This document shows, in pieces, positions 36,268 to 45,957 of a DNA stretch of 64,000 bases. The notes beneath the pieces are model-generated. The model had not been told where the DNA came from, did not search any database, and was given only the letters and a program-made list of their open reading frames with translations. The number at the start of each line of letters is the position of its first letter. The stretch's first letter is position 1. Source of the DNA: an uncultured Chloroflexia bacterium (GTDB taxonomy: Bacteria > Chloroflexota > Limnocylindria > Limnocylindrales > CSP1-4); NCBI GenBank assembly GCA_963768655.1, contig CAVYIM010000009.1:32001-96000 (forward strand). Direction: 5' to 3'. Position numbers and translations under genes: made by a program.

Positions 36268-39222
36268 TCAGGCTCCGGAGTCCACGTCCCCGGCGACTGT
36301 CGGGGCATCCAGCGTCTCACGAACTGCCTCGAGCAGGGCGGCCACGCTGAACGGCTTTCCGAGCAATCTGGCTCCCTCGGGGAAGGCAGCTCCACCGGCC
36401 TCACCGGAAATATGGCCCGAGATGAAGAGGACCCGCGGAGGCCGAGAGGAGGCCTCCAGTTCGGCCGCAAGGGCCACGCCGGACTCCCCCGGCATCGTAA
36501 CGTCGGACAGGAGGAGGTCTATGTCGCCCGCGTGTTCCGACCACAGCTCACGCGCTTCGGCGGCGCTCGCAGCGCTGAGAACGCGGTAGCCCCGGCCAGC
36601 GAGGACTCGCTCAGTCAGCTTACGGATGGCCTGCTCATCCTCCACGAGAAGGACGGTCTCGGTGCCGTGGATGGGCGGCTCGCCTCCCGCCGCGCTCGCT
36701 TCCTGGGGACTTCCGCAGGCGGGGAACACGAGCGAGAAGCGCGTGCCGTGACCGGGCTCGGAGTCGACCAGGATGTCGCCAGACGCGTTGCGAACGATGC
36801 CGTAGACAATCGCCAGGCCAAGCCCTGTGCCCTTGCCGATATCCTTGGTGGTGAAGAATGGCTCGAAGATCCGATCTCGGATCTCGGGAGCGATTCCCAC
36901 GCCCGTGTCGCATACGTCCACGAAGGTCAGAGCCTGAGCCGGGACCGGCCTGGGAGTCCAACTGCTCCGCTCCAGAGTGGATGGGTTTGATGGAATCCCC
37001 TGCGCGACCGAACGCCGGCCTGTCTCGATCGTCAGGGAGCCGCCGTCCGGCATGGCGTCACGTCCGTTGACGCACAGATTCACGATCGCCTGTTCGAGCT
37101 GCGTCGGGTCGATCAGGATGTAGCCCGCCTCCGGCCGCAGAACAGTCGACAGCTGGATCGTCGGGCCGAGCAGGTGTCGCATCATCGGCACCGTCTGACT
37201 GACGCACAGATTCACGTCCACGACCCGCGCGTTCGCCCTGGCGGGCTGGCTGAAGGTGAGCAGCTGCCGCGTCAGCTCGGAGGCTCGGTCGGCAGCCCGA
37301 ACGATCTCCTCGAGGTCGGCAGCGAGTTCGACGTTGCGAGGATTGGCCGCCCTCGCCAGTTCGGCATAGCCATGAATAGCCTGAAGCAGGTTGTTGAAGT
37401 CATGTGCGATAGCTCCAGATAGCTGGCCGAGCGTCTCCATCTTCTGGGCCTGGCGGAGCTGGCTGGCGCGGAGCTGGAGTTCCTCGATGAGCAGAGCGAC
37501 CTTCAGGACGCCGCTGATCCGAACGCGCAGGGCGTCGTAGATGAACGCGTCAGTGGGCCCCATCTCGAAGACCGCGTAGCCCAACGGATCGTCCTTGAAG
37601 AAGAGCGGCTCAACGACCATGGCGTAGGTGCGGTCGGCTGGCAGCAGCCCGTCCGGTATGGAGGTCCCCTCGACCGTGGCGTCGCGCGGGTCCTCGAGCG
37701 CTGACGGGTCGAAGGCCGGATCCTGGGCGAAGACAACCCTCGCGCCGGACGGTGGAACGTCATCATCGAGCACGAGGAAGGCATTCGTCACGCCGAGTCG
37801 CGGCAGGCACTCGCGGAGCGCCTCACCGAGCGACTCGAGATCGAACGCCGCGCTCAGCGTCTCGGCGGCCTCGGACAGCGATTGCGTGCGGCGCTCCAGG
37901 ATCAGCCGATGGTGGGCCTGGGCGTCGACGGCCTCGTCGACCAGAACCCGCGCCTCCTCCAGAAGATCCTCGACCCGCAGACCCATGCTCGGGTTCGCGG
38001 CAAGGCAGGGCATCAGCTCGCGATGCAAGGCGGAGAGCGCCGGCTGCCAGTGATCTGCCGTCACGCCAGGACGCATCATCTCCTTGAGGAGCATCGTGAG
38101 CCGTTCGGCGAAGGCGCGGGGAGAATCTCGTAGTTCGGCTGCGAGGGCGTCGAACAGGCCTTCCTCCCATCCCGCCGGAAGCGCATCGGCGAGGCCGCCC
38201 ACGGCCTCCCGCATCGCCTCGAGGATCTTGGGGCGGCGGAGCCTGAGTGCGTCGTCGACGGTGAACTCGGTCTCGGTGGGAGTGAGCGGGGCCGGCTGGT
38301 TGCCAGTCGTCGAGACGCGACCTTCGTCCGAGCTACAGCCGCAGCTGCGTCGGACGACGAGTTCCGCAGGCAGGACCAGGACATCATCGACTCGCTCGCC
38401 GCGAAGGCGCCGCAAGAGGATCTCTACGGCGAGCCTGCCCTGCTGCCGGAGTGGCTGGCGGATCGTGGTCAGAGGCGGGTCACAGTAGCGGGCCTCGCCG
38501 ATGTCGTCGAACCCGATGATGGCCACGTCTCCTGGCATCTTGATGTCGCGAGCGCGCAGTGCGTCGATTGCCCCGAGCGCCATCAGGTCGTTGGCGGCCA
38601 CCATCGCGTCGAAGACGGCGCCCCGCTCATCGAGCAGGACCCGCACGGCATCGACGCCACTTTCGTAGCGGAAGTCTCCAGTCACGACGGCCAAATCGGG
38701 CGGGGAGAGTCCATAGGCGGCCAGCACATCACCGCAAGTGCCCAGGCGATCTCGCGCCTCGAGATTGGCCTCCGGACCACCCAGGAATGCGAAATGCCGG
38801 TACTGGTGGTCCTCCACCAGATGTCGAATCCCCTCTCGCAGGGCCTGCTCGCCGTCGACGAGGATGCCGGTTGTTCCCTCGACCGCGGCGGCGAGGCTGA
38901 CCATGGGCCGCGGACGGTAGTGCTCGCAATAGCGGGCGAGATCGTCCAGGCCCAGGTAGTTGACGAAGCTGCCGGCCTGGATCACGAGACCATCGATGCC
39001 CTCGGAACGAGCCAGGTCGTAGACGGCCCTATGCCGCTCGCCGAATGGCAGCGGTGCCCGGAGCAAGCACCCGTCGATGATCACGAGATTGACGCCGGAT
39101 TCGCGCGCGGCCTCCACCACGCCGCCGACGACGGCGCTCTGGTACTCGCCCGCCAACCCGTCGGCGAGGACGGCGAACGTCAGGGCACGGGTCAACGGCT
39201 CCGACGCCCTTGGAGGCATCAC
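36268..39222 (-). CDS. Cytoplasmic hybrid histidine kinase with N-terminal LacI-type sugar-binding domain and C-terminal receiver
   Basis: [34 protein letters not shown]; His[10 protein letters not shown]; DTGVG, FTTK..GTGLGL; REC LLVEDE..SDVTMPG..KPF; no TM segment seen. Confidence 0.93.
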   Translation of the reverse strand: MMPPRASEPLTRALTFAVLADGLAGEYQSAVVGGVVEAARESGVNLVIIDGCLLRAPLPFGERHRAVYDLARSEGIDGLVIQAGSFVNYLGLDDLARYCEHYRPRPMVSLAAAVEGTTGILVDGEQALREGIRHLVEDHQYRHFAFLGGPEANLEARDRLGTCGDVLAAYGLSPPDLAVVTGDFRYESGVDAVRVLLDERGAVFDAMVAANDLMALGAIDALRARDIKMPGDVAIIGFDDIGEARYCDPPLTTIRQPLRQQGRLAVEILLRRLRGERVDDVLVLPAELVVRRSCGCSSDEGRVSTTGNQPAPLTPTETEFTVDDALRLRRPKILEAMREAVGGLADALPAGWEEGLFDALAAELRDSPRAFAERLTMLLKEMMRPGVTADHWQPALSALHRELMPCLAANPSMGLRVEDLLEEARVLVDEAVDAQAHHRLILERRTQSLSEAAETLSAAFDLESLGEALRECLPRLGVTNAFLVLDDDVPPSGARVVFAQDPAFDPSALEDPRDATVEGTSIPDGLLPADRTYAMVVEPLFFKDDPLGYAVFEMGPTDAFIYDALRVRISGVLKVALLIEELQLRASQLRQAQKMETLGQLSGAIAHDFNNLLQAIHGYAELARAANPRNVELAADLEEIVRAADRASELTRQLLTFSQPARANARVVDVNLCVSQTVPMMRHLLGPTIQLSTVLRPEAGYILIDPTQLEQAIVNLCVNGRDAMPDGGSLTIETGRRSVAQGIPSNPSTLERSSWTPRPVPAQALTFVDVCDTGVGIAPEIRDRIFEPFFTTKDIGKGTGLGLAIVYGIVRNASGDILVDSEPGHGTRFSLVFPACGSPQEASAAGGEPPIHGTETVLLVEDEQAIRKLTERVLAGRGYRVLSAASAAEARELWSEHAGDIDLLLSDVTMPGESGVALAAELEASSRPPRVLFISGHISGEAGGAAFPEGARLLGKPFSVAALLEAVRETLDAPTVAGDVDSGA

Positions 39223-39525
39223 TTCAGCGGTCTCTCAGCCATTTCTGTTGCGGCGTCGTGGGAGGGCGTCCCACTGACGACTCGCGATGCCGTGCCGTGG
39301 ACGTGCCGTGAGCCCGGGCACTCCATCGGAGAGCACGGATGACAAGTCTGCAGGCCGGAAGACGGGTTCGTCCCACCAGGGTTTTCGGCCGGTCCGTACG
39401 GGCGGACGAATCTGACCGACGCTGGCATTGGGCCGGCGGTGGGCGGCAGGCAATGCTCGGGCCAATTGCGCCGCCGGAAGGTGGTGTCGGCGCGCAGGCA
39501 ACCGCGTCTCCCGGGAGCCCCGCTT

Positions 39526-39834
39526 TCAGTCGCCACGGTGACCCCGCGATTCGATGCTGAAGGTGCCCCAGTGGCCGGTGAACGGCAGCCAGACCTCGTC
39601 GACGCGCTCGACGATCGCGGATGCCGGGCCCTCGTGGAGGGCTTCCAGAAGATCCTCGAGATCGGCCCGCGGGCCTTCGACGACGACACGCACGCTGCCG
39701 TCCTGATCGTTGGCGACGAACCCGGTCAGGCCGCGACGCATCGCACGGGCGGCCACGAAGTAGCGAAAGCCGACGCCCTGGACACGGCCGCGAACGTTCG
39801 CCTCGAGGCGGGCCAGTTCGCCGGGCCGGCTCAT
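39526..39834 (-). CDS. acyP: Acylphosphatase
   Basis: VRGRVQGVGFR, GFVAN..DGSV, GPASAIVERV. Confidence 0.93.
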   Translation of the reverse strand: MSRPGELARLEANVRGRVQGVGFRYFVAARAMRRGLTGFVANDQDGSVRVVVEGPRADLEDLLEALHEGPASAIVERVDEVWLPFTGHWGTFSIESRGHRGD

Positions 39835-39890
39835 CGGCCCGCCATGCCGCGCGCCACGTGGCGGGTCATCGCGTGCGGCCCACGTGGCAG

Positions 39891-41141
39891 TCATGCCGCG
39901 CGGCCGGGTCGGGGCCAGGCCAGCGCCAGCACGTCGAGGGCCAGCTCCGGGTTGACGTTCTCGTCCAGCTGGGTCTCGACCGTCGCCAGCTGGGCGAGGA
40001 AAGCGTGCACGGAACCCGCGGGGACCGTGGGCGCCACGGCGGCCAGCTCGTCGAGCAGTTCCGGGTCGTGGAGCCGGCGACCTCCGAGCGCCACGACGGC
40101 GAGGTCGCGTCCGACCGAAGCCCAGATGGCCAGCAGCGCGGAGGCGGCCGCGCGGCGATCTGAGGCCGAAGCCTTCGGTGCGGCCAATTCGGCGGCTGCG
40201 TCCGCCTCGCCTTCGGCCTGTTGGTCGTTCGGATGGGTGGTGGCCGCGGCCGCGCGCGACGGTTTCCTGCGCCGCCCCGCCGCCCCCGTGCCGGCTTCGG
40301 TGGCCCCGCCGTCTGCGCCGCCGCCGGCCGTGCGCGCCACTTCGAGCGCCGCCTCGAGCGCCGCCGCCGAGCCCATCAGCGTGCGCACCGACGTCAACCG
40401 CTCGTTTCGGCCGGCCGTCAGGAGGTCAAGCAGACCACGGGCGATCTCGCCCCGAAGCCGAGCCGCTTCGGGGGCGCGGGCGTAGGCCAGCGCCAGGCCC
40501 GGGCATCCGCCGGCGAGTCGAGCGAACCGCGCGGCCGAGGGCGCGTCGGCGACGCCGAGTTCGCCGAGCCAGCGTTCGATCTCGCGCCCGGCGACTGGAC
40601 CCAGGCGCACCCGCACGCAGCGCGATCGAACGGTGGGCAGCAGGCATTCCTCCTCGTCGGCGCAGAGAACGATCGTCACGCCGGCCGGCGGTTCCTCGAG
40701 CATCTTGAGGAGTGCGTTTTGGGCGTCGTCGTTGATGCGGTGGGCCTGCTCGACGATCGCCACGCGCGCACCGCCCTCCACGGGCAGGAGTGCCAGCTCG
40801 CCGATGAGGTGGCGGATCGTTCCGGGTTCCGGGTCGGTGGCCTTGCCGATCCGAACCTGGCCGCCGGGGCCGTCCGGCGCGAGTCGGTGCAGGTCCGGGT
40901 GATTGCCCGAGTCGACTAGCCGGCAGCCCCGGCACGCGCGGCACGGTCGCGCCGCAGTGTCCGGGTGGACGCACAGGAGCGCCGCGGCCAGGTCCAGGGC
41001 GAGCGTGGTCTTGCCGCTCGATGCCGGCCCGACGATCAGGACGGCATGAGGGACGGAGCCACGCACCATGGCCGCGATCGAGGCCAGCCCTCCAGGCTGG
41101 CCTCGCGTCGCCGCGTTCTCTATCGGCACCGGGCCCGACAT
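39891..41141 (-). CDS. holB: DNA polymerase III subunit delta-prime
   Basis: HAVLIVGPASSGKT, LLC..PCRACRGC, GNHPDL, AQNALLKMLEEPP, LLPTVRSRC, NVNPELALDVL. Confidence 0.9.
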   Translation of the reverse strand: MSGPVPIENAATRGQPGGLASIAAMVRGSVPHAVLIVGPASSGKTTLALDLAAALLCVHPDTAARPCRACRGCRLVDSGNHPDLHRLAPDGPGGQVRIGKATDPEPGTIRHLIGELALLPVEGGARVAIVEQAHRINDDAQNALLKMLEEPPAGVTIVLCADEEECLLPTVRSRCVRVRLGPVAGREIERWLGELGVADAPSAARFARLAGGCPGLALAYARAPEAARLRGEIARGLLDLLTAGRNERLTSVRTLMGSAAALEAALEVARTAGGGADGGATEAGTGAAGRRRKPSRAAAATTHPNDQQAEGEADAAAELAAPKASASDRRAAASALLAIWASVGRDLAVVALGGRRLHDPELLDELAAVAPTVPAGSVHAFLAQLATVETQLDENVNPELALDVLALAWPRPGRAA

Positions 41142-41172
41142 CACGATCGGGTGGTGGGCACGCGCCGGGTGG

Positions 41173-42984
41173 CTAGTCGCCGGCCTGCTCGCCGGAGGCT
41201 TCCGCGGACGTCTCGCCGTTAGTTGCGGCCGGCTTCTTGCGAGCCGGCGCACGACGCTTGGGCGCGCCTGCTGCCGGGGCTTCGCCACCCTCGGCGGCTT
41301 CGGCGGCGGACCCGGTTGCCGCGGGCTTGCGCCGGCCTCGAGCTGCCGGCCTGGCGGGCGCTTCGGCAGCCACGCCGGCGACCTCGGCGACGGCCTCGAT
41401 TGCCTCGATCGGAGCGGCCTCGGCCTTGCGACGGCCACCGCGGCGGGCGCCGGCCCTGGCCGTCTCGCCGCCCTTGGCCACGGTCTCTCCGCCTGCTGTC
41501 TCCGCGGCGCCCATTCCAGCCGCGGCGGTTTCGGACGGAGTCGCGCTCGCCGGCTCGGCCTGACGGCTCAGCTTCGTGGAGAGCTGGGCTCGCAGGAGCT
41601 CCTCGAGCTCGGGCGGGACTTCACTCCACGGCTCGGCCGAATCGCGGCCGGTGCTGCGCGGTGCTCCGCCACCGCCCCGATGCTGCTGTGGCTGCGGCTG
41701 GCGCTGCGGCCGCTCGTCGCGCCGGCGCTGCGGCTGGGCCTGTCGAACCGGCTCGGGGAAGCGCGTCGAGGATCGGCCGTAGCGTTCCCGCTCCACGGCA
41801 GAGGCGTAGGCGCTCCGAACGCCACGCCCACCCGAGCCGCGGCCCTGGCCCTGACCCCGACCGCTCCGCCGCCGCTCGGCCAGCAGGTATTCCGGGATTT
41901 CGGGCTCGGCAAAGTCGTCCTCATCCGATGGTGAGATCGGCGCGAGGCGCTCCGGCCGGCCGGCCATGCCGATCTGGGAGTCCCAGATTGATCCGAATTG
42001 ATTGGGTCGGGTCGCCGGAGTGGCCGCTGGGCTCTCCGGTTCGCCAGCCTCCACTTCTTCTGCAATTTCGGCACCAGCGACAAGCTCGCGGCCTCGGCCG
42101 CCGTGGCCGCGCCCGCGACCGCCACGGCGCCGGCGGCGGTGCCCGCCTTCTGTCCCCTGGACGTCTTCGCCGCCCTCGGCCGCCTGCCCTTCATCGGGGT
42201 TCTCGGCGAGATCCTCGACGGGCGCTTCGATCACGTCGGATTCCGCGCCGCCAGCCTGCACCCGCGAAAGCTTCTCACCGGGCAGAGCAACCAACCGAGC
42301 GGGGGCACCGCGTTCGGCTGCGCGACCCTCGCCGCGTGGCGCTCGCTCGTTCGCCGCCGCTGCGACCTCCACGCCTTCACGAGGCCCGGTCCGGCGCCCG
42401 CCACGCCCACGGCGCCCGCCGCGACCCTCGGTCTGCTTGTCGGGGACCTCGGTCATCGAGAGGTCTTCCTCGTCGCCGGCCACGCGCCGCCCCGAGCGAG
42501 TCGATTCGCGGTCAACTCGGGCGAGTTGGGTTATGTCGTAGAAGACGTCGGCAGCTTCGATCAGGTCGGAGCTGGTGTTGCCGCGGAAGCTGATGACTTC
42601 GACACGGACACCCATTTCCTGCACTGCTCGTATTGCTGGCGCGAAGTCTCCATCCCCGCTCACGACGATGGCGACATCCAGGTTGCGGGCCGTCTTCATC
42701 ATGTCGACGACCAGTTCGATGTCGAGATTCGCCTTGACCTTGCCGTCGCCATACTTGCGAATGTCCTTGCTCACGACTTTGTACCCATGCCGCGCAAGGA
42801 AGCTATGGAAGTTCCGCTGATTCTCGTTCTCGGGGTCGAGCCCCGTATAGGCGTATGCCCGGACGAAATCGCGGCCGGCCACGGCGGCTTTGAGGAGCGT
42901 GACGTAGTCGATGTCCGCCCCCGCCGCCTTCGCGGCGTAGAAGATATTCGCCACGTCCACGAAGACGGCGACGTTCTTGCTCAC
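41173..42984 (-). CDS. NYN-domain (LabA/DUF88, PIN-like) ribonuclease with a ~450-aa disordered C-terminus
   Basis: VFVDVANIFY, KANLDIELVVD, VSGDGDFAP, GVRVEV, SSDLIEAADVF; SD AAGGAG before GTG. Confidence 0.9.
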   Translation of the reverse strand: MSKNVAVFVDVANIFYAAKAAGADIDYVTLLKAAVAGRDFVRAYAYTGLDPENENQRNFHSFLARHGYKVVSKDIRKYGDGKVKANLDIELVVDMMKTARNLDVAIVVSGDGDFAPAIRAVQEMGVRVEVISFRGNTSSDLIEAADVFYDITQLARVDRESTRSGRRVAGDEEDLSMTEVPDKQTEGRGGRRGRGGRRTGPREGVEVAAAANERAPRGEGRAAERGAPARLVALPGEKLSRVQAGGAESDVIEAPVEDLAENPDEGQAAEGGEDVQGTEGGHRRRRRGGRGRGHGGRGRELVAGAEIAEEVEAGEPESPAATPATRPNQFGSIWDSQIGMAGRPERLAPISPSDEDDFAEPEIPEYLLAERRRSGRGQGQGRGSGGRGVRSAYASAVERERYGRSSTRFPEPVRQAQPQRRRDERPQRQPQPQQHRGGGGAPRSTGRDSAEPWSEVPPELEELLRAQLSTKLSRQAEPASATPSETAAAGMGAAETAGGETVAKGGETARAGARRGGRRKAEAAPIEAIEAVAEVAGVAAEAPARPAARGRRKPAATGSAAEAAEGGEAPAAGAPKRRAPARKKPAATNGETSAEASGEQAGD

Positions 42985-43078
42985 AAGTGACTCCTTGATG
43001 TGATGGCCTGGTGGCCCTTGCCGTCGGCCTGAACCCGTGGCGCCGGCGCTCCCTGGCAGCTCGGCTGCGACGGTATTG

Positions 43079-43540
43079 CTAGCGGTTAGCCGGTGCCCTG
43101 ACCGGGACTTCCGCTCGGTAAGTGGTGGCCTGGTCCGAAGCGAAGCCATGCCGGATCCAGCACGCGCGCAATTCGGCGTTCTCCGGCAGCATGACTTCTA
43201 CTACGGTGCAGCCCTTTCTTCGCGCCGAGGTCATGATCTCGAGGATCAACTCATCGGCCACTTTTTCGACGCTGTGGCCTGGGGCTACGACCAGCACGTC
43301 GACCGTGCCTACGAACCCGCCGACCCGGACCGATGGTCTCAGGCCGAGTACCGCACCGCCGGCTATCTGACGACCCGCCTCGGCTACCACGACGCTTGCG
43401 TTCGGCATGTAGATGAGCTGGCGCAAGAGGCCTATCGCGTCCAATGGAGTGCCGGCGCCGGGCGCAGCCCCCATTTCCACGCAAAGCGCATACAACCGAT
43501 CGATATCGGTGATGCGGGCCTGTCTGACCAGGTAATCCAC
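43079..43540 (-). CDS. GNAT-fold protein, degenerate acetyl-CoA motif
   Basis: VRQARITD, VVVAE, VDVLVVAPGH, ARRKGC, WIRHGF follow the GNAT strand order. Confidence 0.7.
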   Translation of the reverse strand: MDYLVRQARITDIDRLYALCVEMGAAPGAGTPLDAIGLLRQLIYMPNASVVVAEAGRQIAGGAVLGLRPSVRVGGFVGTVDVLVVAPGHSVEKVADELILEIMTSARRKGCTVVEVMLPENAELRACWIRHGFASDQATTYRAEVPVRAPANR

Positions 43541-43785
43541 TCGAATGCACGAACCTCGTGGCGAGATGGCGATCGCACTACCGCTGCAGCCACGACGTCC
43601 TAATTGGCGCGATGGCCGCGCGCATTCGTGCCGACTCTCGGGCGGCGAGCTTTCTTGGGGCTCGAGCGCCACGCCAGAACGGGGTTGGCGGCCGCGCTCA
43701 TGCGTTCGGCTCGCCTTGTCCTACTATACGCCATCGCTCGCCGGGGCTGTCGAACTCGTCGCCTCGTTTCGTCGCGCGGGGACCG

Positions 43786-44232
43786 CTAGAAGCGCCGGCG
43801 AGCCTCCCAGAGCTCGAACACGCCGCGGGCGAAGATGAGCAGGCCAACAGCCGCGACCCAGAAGCCGGGGCCCCGGAGCGGCTGGATCGGGGGCGTCTGG
43901 CCGGTGTAGAGGAGCAGCCCGTCCTGCAGCATCTCGACAATTCGCAGGCAATAGGCAACGAACGCCACTCCGAGCAACAGCACATACGACATCGGTCGAT
44001 CGATCGCGATTGGCGCCTCGGCGGCATATGGCAACGAGACCAGCAGCAGCGTCGCCACAGCCGCAAGGAACAGCACGAAGCCCCGACCGTCAGAGATGCC
44101 GACGTCGCTCTGGGCTGGCAGCTCGCCCGGGCCGCCGCCGATCTGCCACCACTGCATCAACGTCGACGCGATGATCACGATGGCGCCGACAGTGACGACC
44201 CAGCGACCGCCTTGAACGGGACTTCGGTTCAT
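43786..44232 (-). CDS. Small 4-TM membrane protein
   Basis: Four hydrophobic segments; 12 nt downstream of hpt on the same strand. Confidence 0.78.
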   Translation of the reverse strand: MNRSPVQGGRWVVTVGAIVIIASTLMQWWQIGGGPGELPAQSDVGISDGRGFVLFLAAVATLLLVSLPYAAEAPIAIDRPMSYVLLLGVAFVAYCLRIVEMLQDGLLLYTGQTPPIQPLRGPGFWVAAVGLLIFARGVFELWEARRRF

Positions 44233-44243
44233 CGTCGACCCCC

Positions 44244-44804
44244 TCAGGATTCGTATGCTTCGGGGCGGAGCACACCCACGAAACGCAGGTTTCGATAAAC
44301 CTCACCAAAGTCTAGCCCGTAACCGACGACGAAGGCATCGGGAATCTCGAACCCTACGTAGTCGATAGGGATCTCGATCAGGCGCCTGGCCGGCTTGTCG
44401 AGAAGGGCGCACACCTTGATCGACTGCGGGTTCTTGCCCCGAAGATATCGCAACAGGTAATTCAGCGTCAGGCCGGTATCGATGATGTCTTCGACCAGCA
44501 GGACGTCGCGACCGTCGATCGGTGCGCTCAGATCCTTGAGGATTCGTACGAGGCCGGATGACTCAGTGGCCGTTCCACCGTAGCTTGACACTTCCATCAG
44601 ATCGATTCGCAACGGAAGATCGATCTGCCGCATGAGATCGGCCATGAACGGAAGCGATCCTTTCAGGACGCTGACCAGAGTCAGCTCACGGCCTGCGTAG
44701 TCGGCGCTGATCCGCTTCCCCAGCTCGACCACCTTGACACGAATCTGGTCCTCGGACAGCAGGATCTCCGCGACGTCCTCGTTCAAGTCCTGGGAGTGCT
44801 TCAT
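44244..44804 (-). CDS. hpt: Hypoxanthine phosphoribosyltransferase
   Basis: VLKGSLPFMADL, VSSYG, LLVEDIIDTGLTL, LLDKP, FVVGYGLD, YRNL. Confidence 0.97.
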   Translation of the reverse strand: MKHSQDLNEDVAEILLSEDQIRVKVVELGKRISADYAGRELTLVSVLKGSLPFMADLMRQIDLPLRIDLMEVSSYGGTATESSGLVRILKDLSAPIDGRDVLLVEDIIDTGLTLNYLLRYLRGKNPQSIKVCALLDKPARRLIEIPIDYVGFEIPDAFVVGYGLDFGEVYRNLRFVGVLRPEAYES

Positions 44805-44818
44805 CGCTACCTCTTACA

Positions 44819-45412
44819 TCACGTGGTGGTCGAGTGGGGAGCGTACGCCGCGGCGGCCCGGCGCACAGCGCGGCGGCGCGCCGCGCGGGAGCGGCGATCG
44901 TGCGATGCACGCGGGTCGAGCGGCGGCTGGGCGGGCTCAGTCGACCGATCCAGCTGCCGCCCGGCGGTCGGAGGTGCGGCGGCGACGCTCGCCTCCGGCC
45001 CCGGTTCCGGGTTCTGGCGCGGCCCGACCTGGCCAAGCGTCCCGCTCAGCTCCGAGACGAGCGCCGAGCGGCCGTACTTGAGCATCAGGGCCCGGAAGTC
45101 GCGCGCGTAGAAGAGCTTGATCCGGAGGCTCGGATAGAGCTCTCGCAGGCGGCGTACCTTGCGGTTCTTCTTTCTGACCAGGCGCTGCTGAAGCGTCGTC
45201 AGCTCGATGTAGAGGTCCAGGTCGGGCAGGAAGAAGTCCGGGGCGAAGCTCTCGAGGACATTGCCGTCCAGATCCCACAGGATCGGGAAGACCTGCGGCT
45301 CGTACTCCCAGGTGACCTCATAGAAGTCGAGGATGCGGGCGAACTCGGCCTCGCTGGCGTGGGCGAACGTGCTGGCGGCCAGGTGATCGCGCGGCGTGCC
45401 GGCTTCGCTCAT
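44819..45412 (-). CDS. PD-(D/E)XK-like (TnsA/T7 endonuclease I-like) domain protein
   Basis: FAHASEAEFARILD..WEYEP..F..FAPDFFLP..YIELTT; ATGA overlap with the upstream stop. Confidence 0.75.
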   Translation of the reverse strand: MSEAGTPRDHLAASTFAHASEAEFARILDFYEVTWEYEPQVFPILWDLDGNVLESFAPDFFLPDLDLYIELTTLQQRLVRKKNRKVRRLRELYPSLRIKLFYARDFRALMLKYGRSALVSELSGTLGQVGPRQNPEPGPEASVAAAPPTAGRQLDRSTEPAQPPLDPRASHDRRSRAARRRAVRRAAAAYAPHSTTT

Positions 45413-45832
45413 CCCGGCGTGTCCGTCTCGTCGTGGTCGGAACCGCGACCCGGGTCTCCTTCGTCGGGCGGGCCTTCGAACAGGCCGCGCACGTCGCCCT
45501 GATAATCGGCCAGGTAGGCTCGCATCTCCAGGACGTCGGCCTCGCTGATCGGTTGTCGCGCCCGCCGGGAGTCCTGGGGCATCTCCAGCTCGTTCGCCCG
45601 TTGGCAAATCGCGCACGGCCCCCTCACTGAGCCCGTCCGCGTCGTCATCGGTGGCCGGTGCGCCCGTGACCAGCGCCAGCGTCTGTGTCTGGCAGGCGAA
45701 GCAGACGAGCTGCACGAAGGCTATCTCCTGGCGCTGCGCGAGAACCCGGATGCCGTGGGCGGCATAGGGCTGACCGCACCGGGTACAGCCGGTACCGAGC
45801 AGAGCCATGCGCAGACGCTCTCGCGGATCCAC
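45409..45832 (-). pseudogene. Zinc-ribbon small protein split by a 1-nt frameshift (real or assembly error)
   Basis: CTRC..CFAC in the frame of 45832; C-terminal PISEADVLEMRAYLADYQGDVRGLF in the frame of 45409..45648. Confidence 0.65.
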
Positions 45833-45909
45833 CCTGCAAGTCTACCGGAGCGACGCCATCGAGGCCGCCGCAGAGACGCTTCTCGATCCCACTCGGAACC
45901 GCCCCGACG

Positions 45910-45938
45910 TTGCTCCATATACTCCCCGGGGGTATGAT
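45910..45938 (+). promoter_or_regulatory. Sigma70 promoter with CsoR-type operator
   Basis: TTGCTC-17bp-TATGAT; palindrome ATACTCCCCGGGGGTAT (45919-45935) with the C/G tracts typical of CsoR sites. Confidence 0.85.
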
Positions 45939-45957
45939 CCGAGTCGGGAGGTCACGC

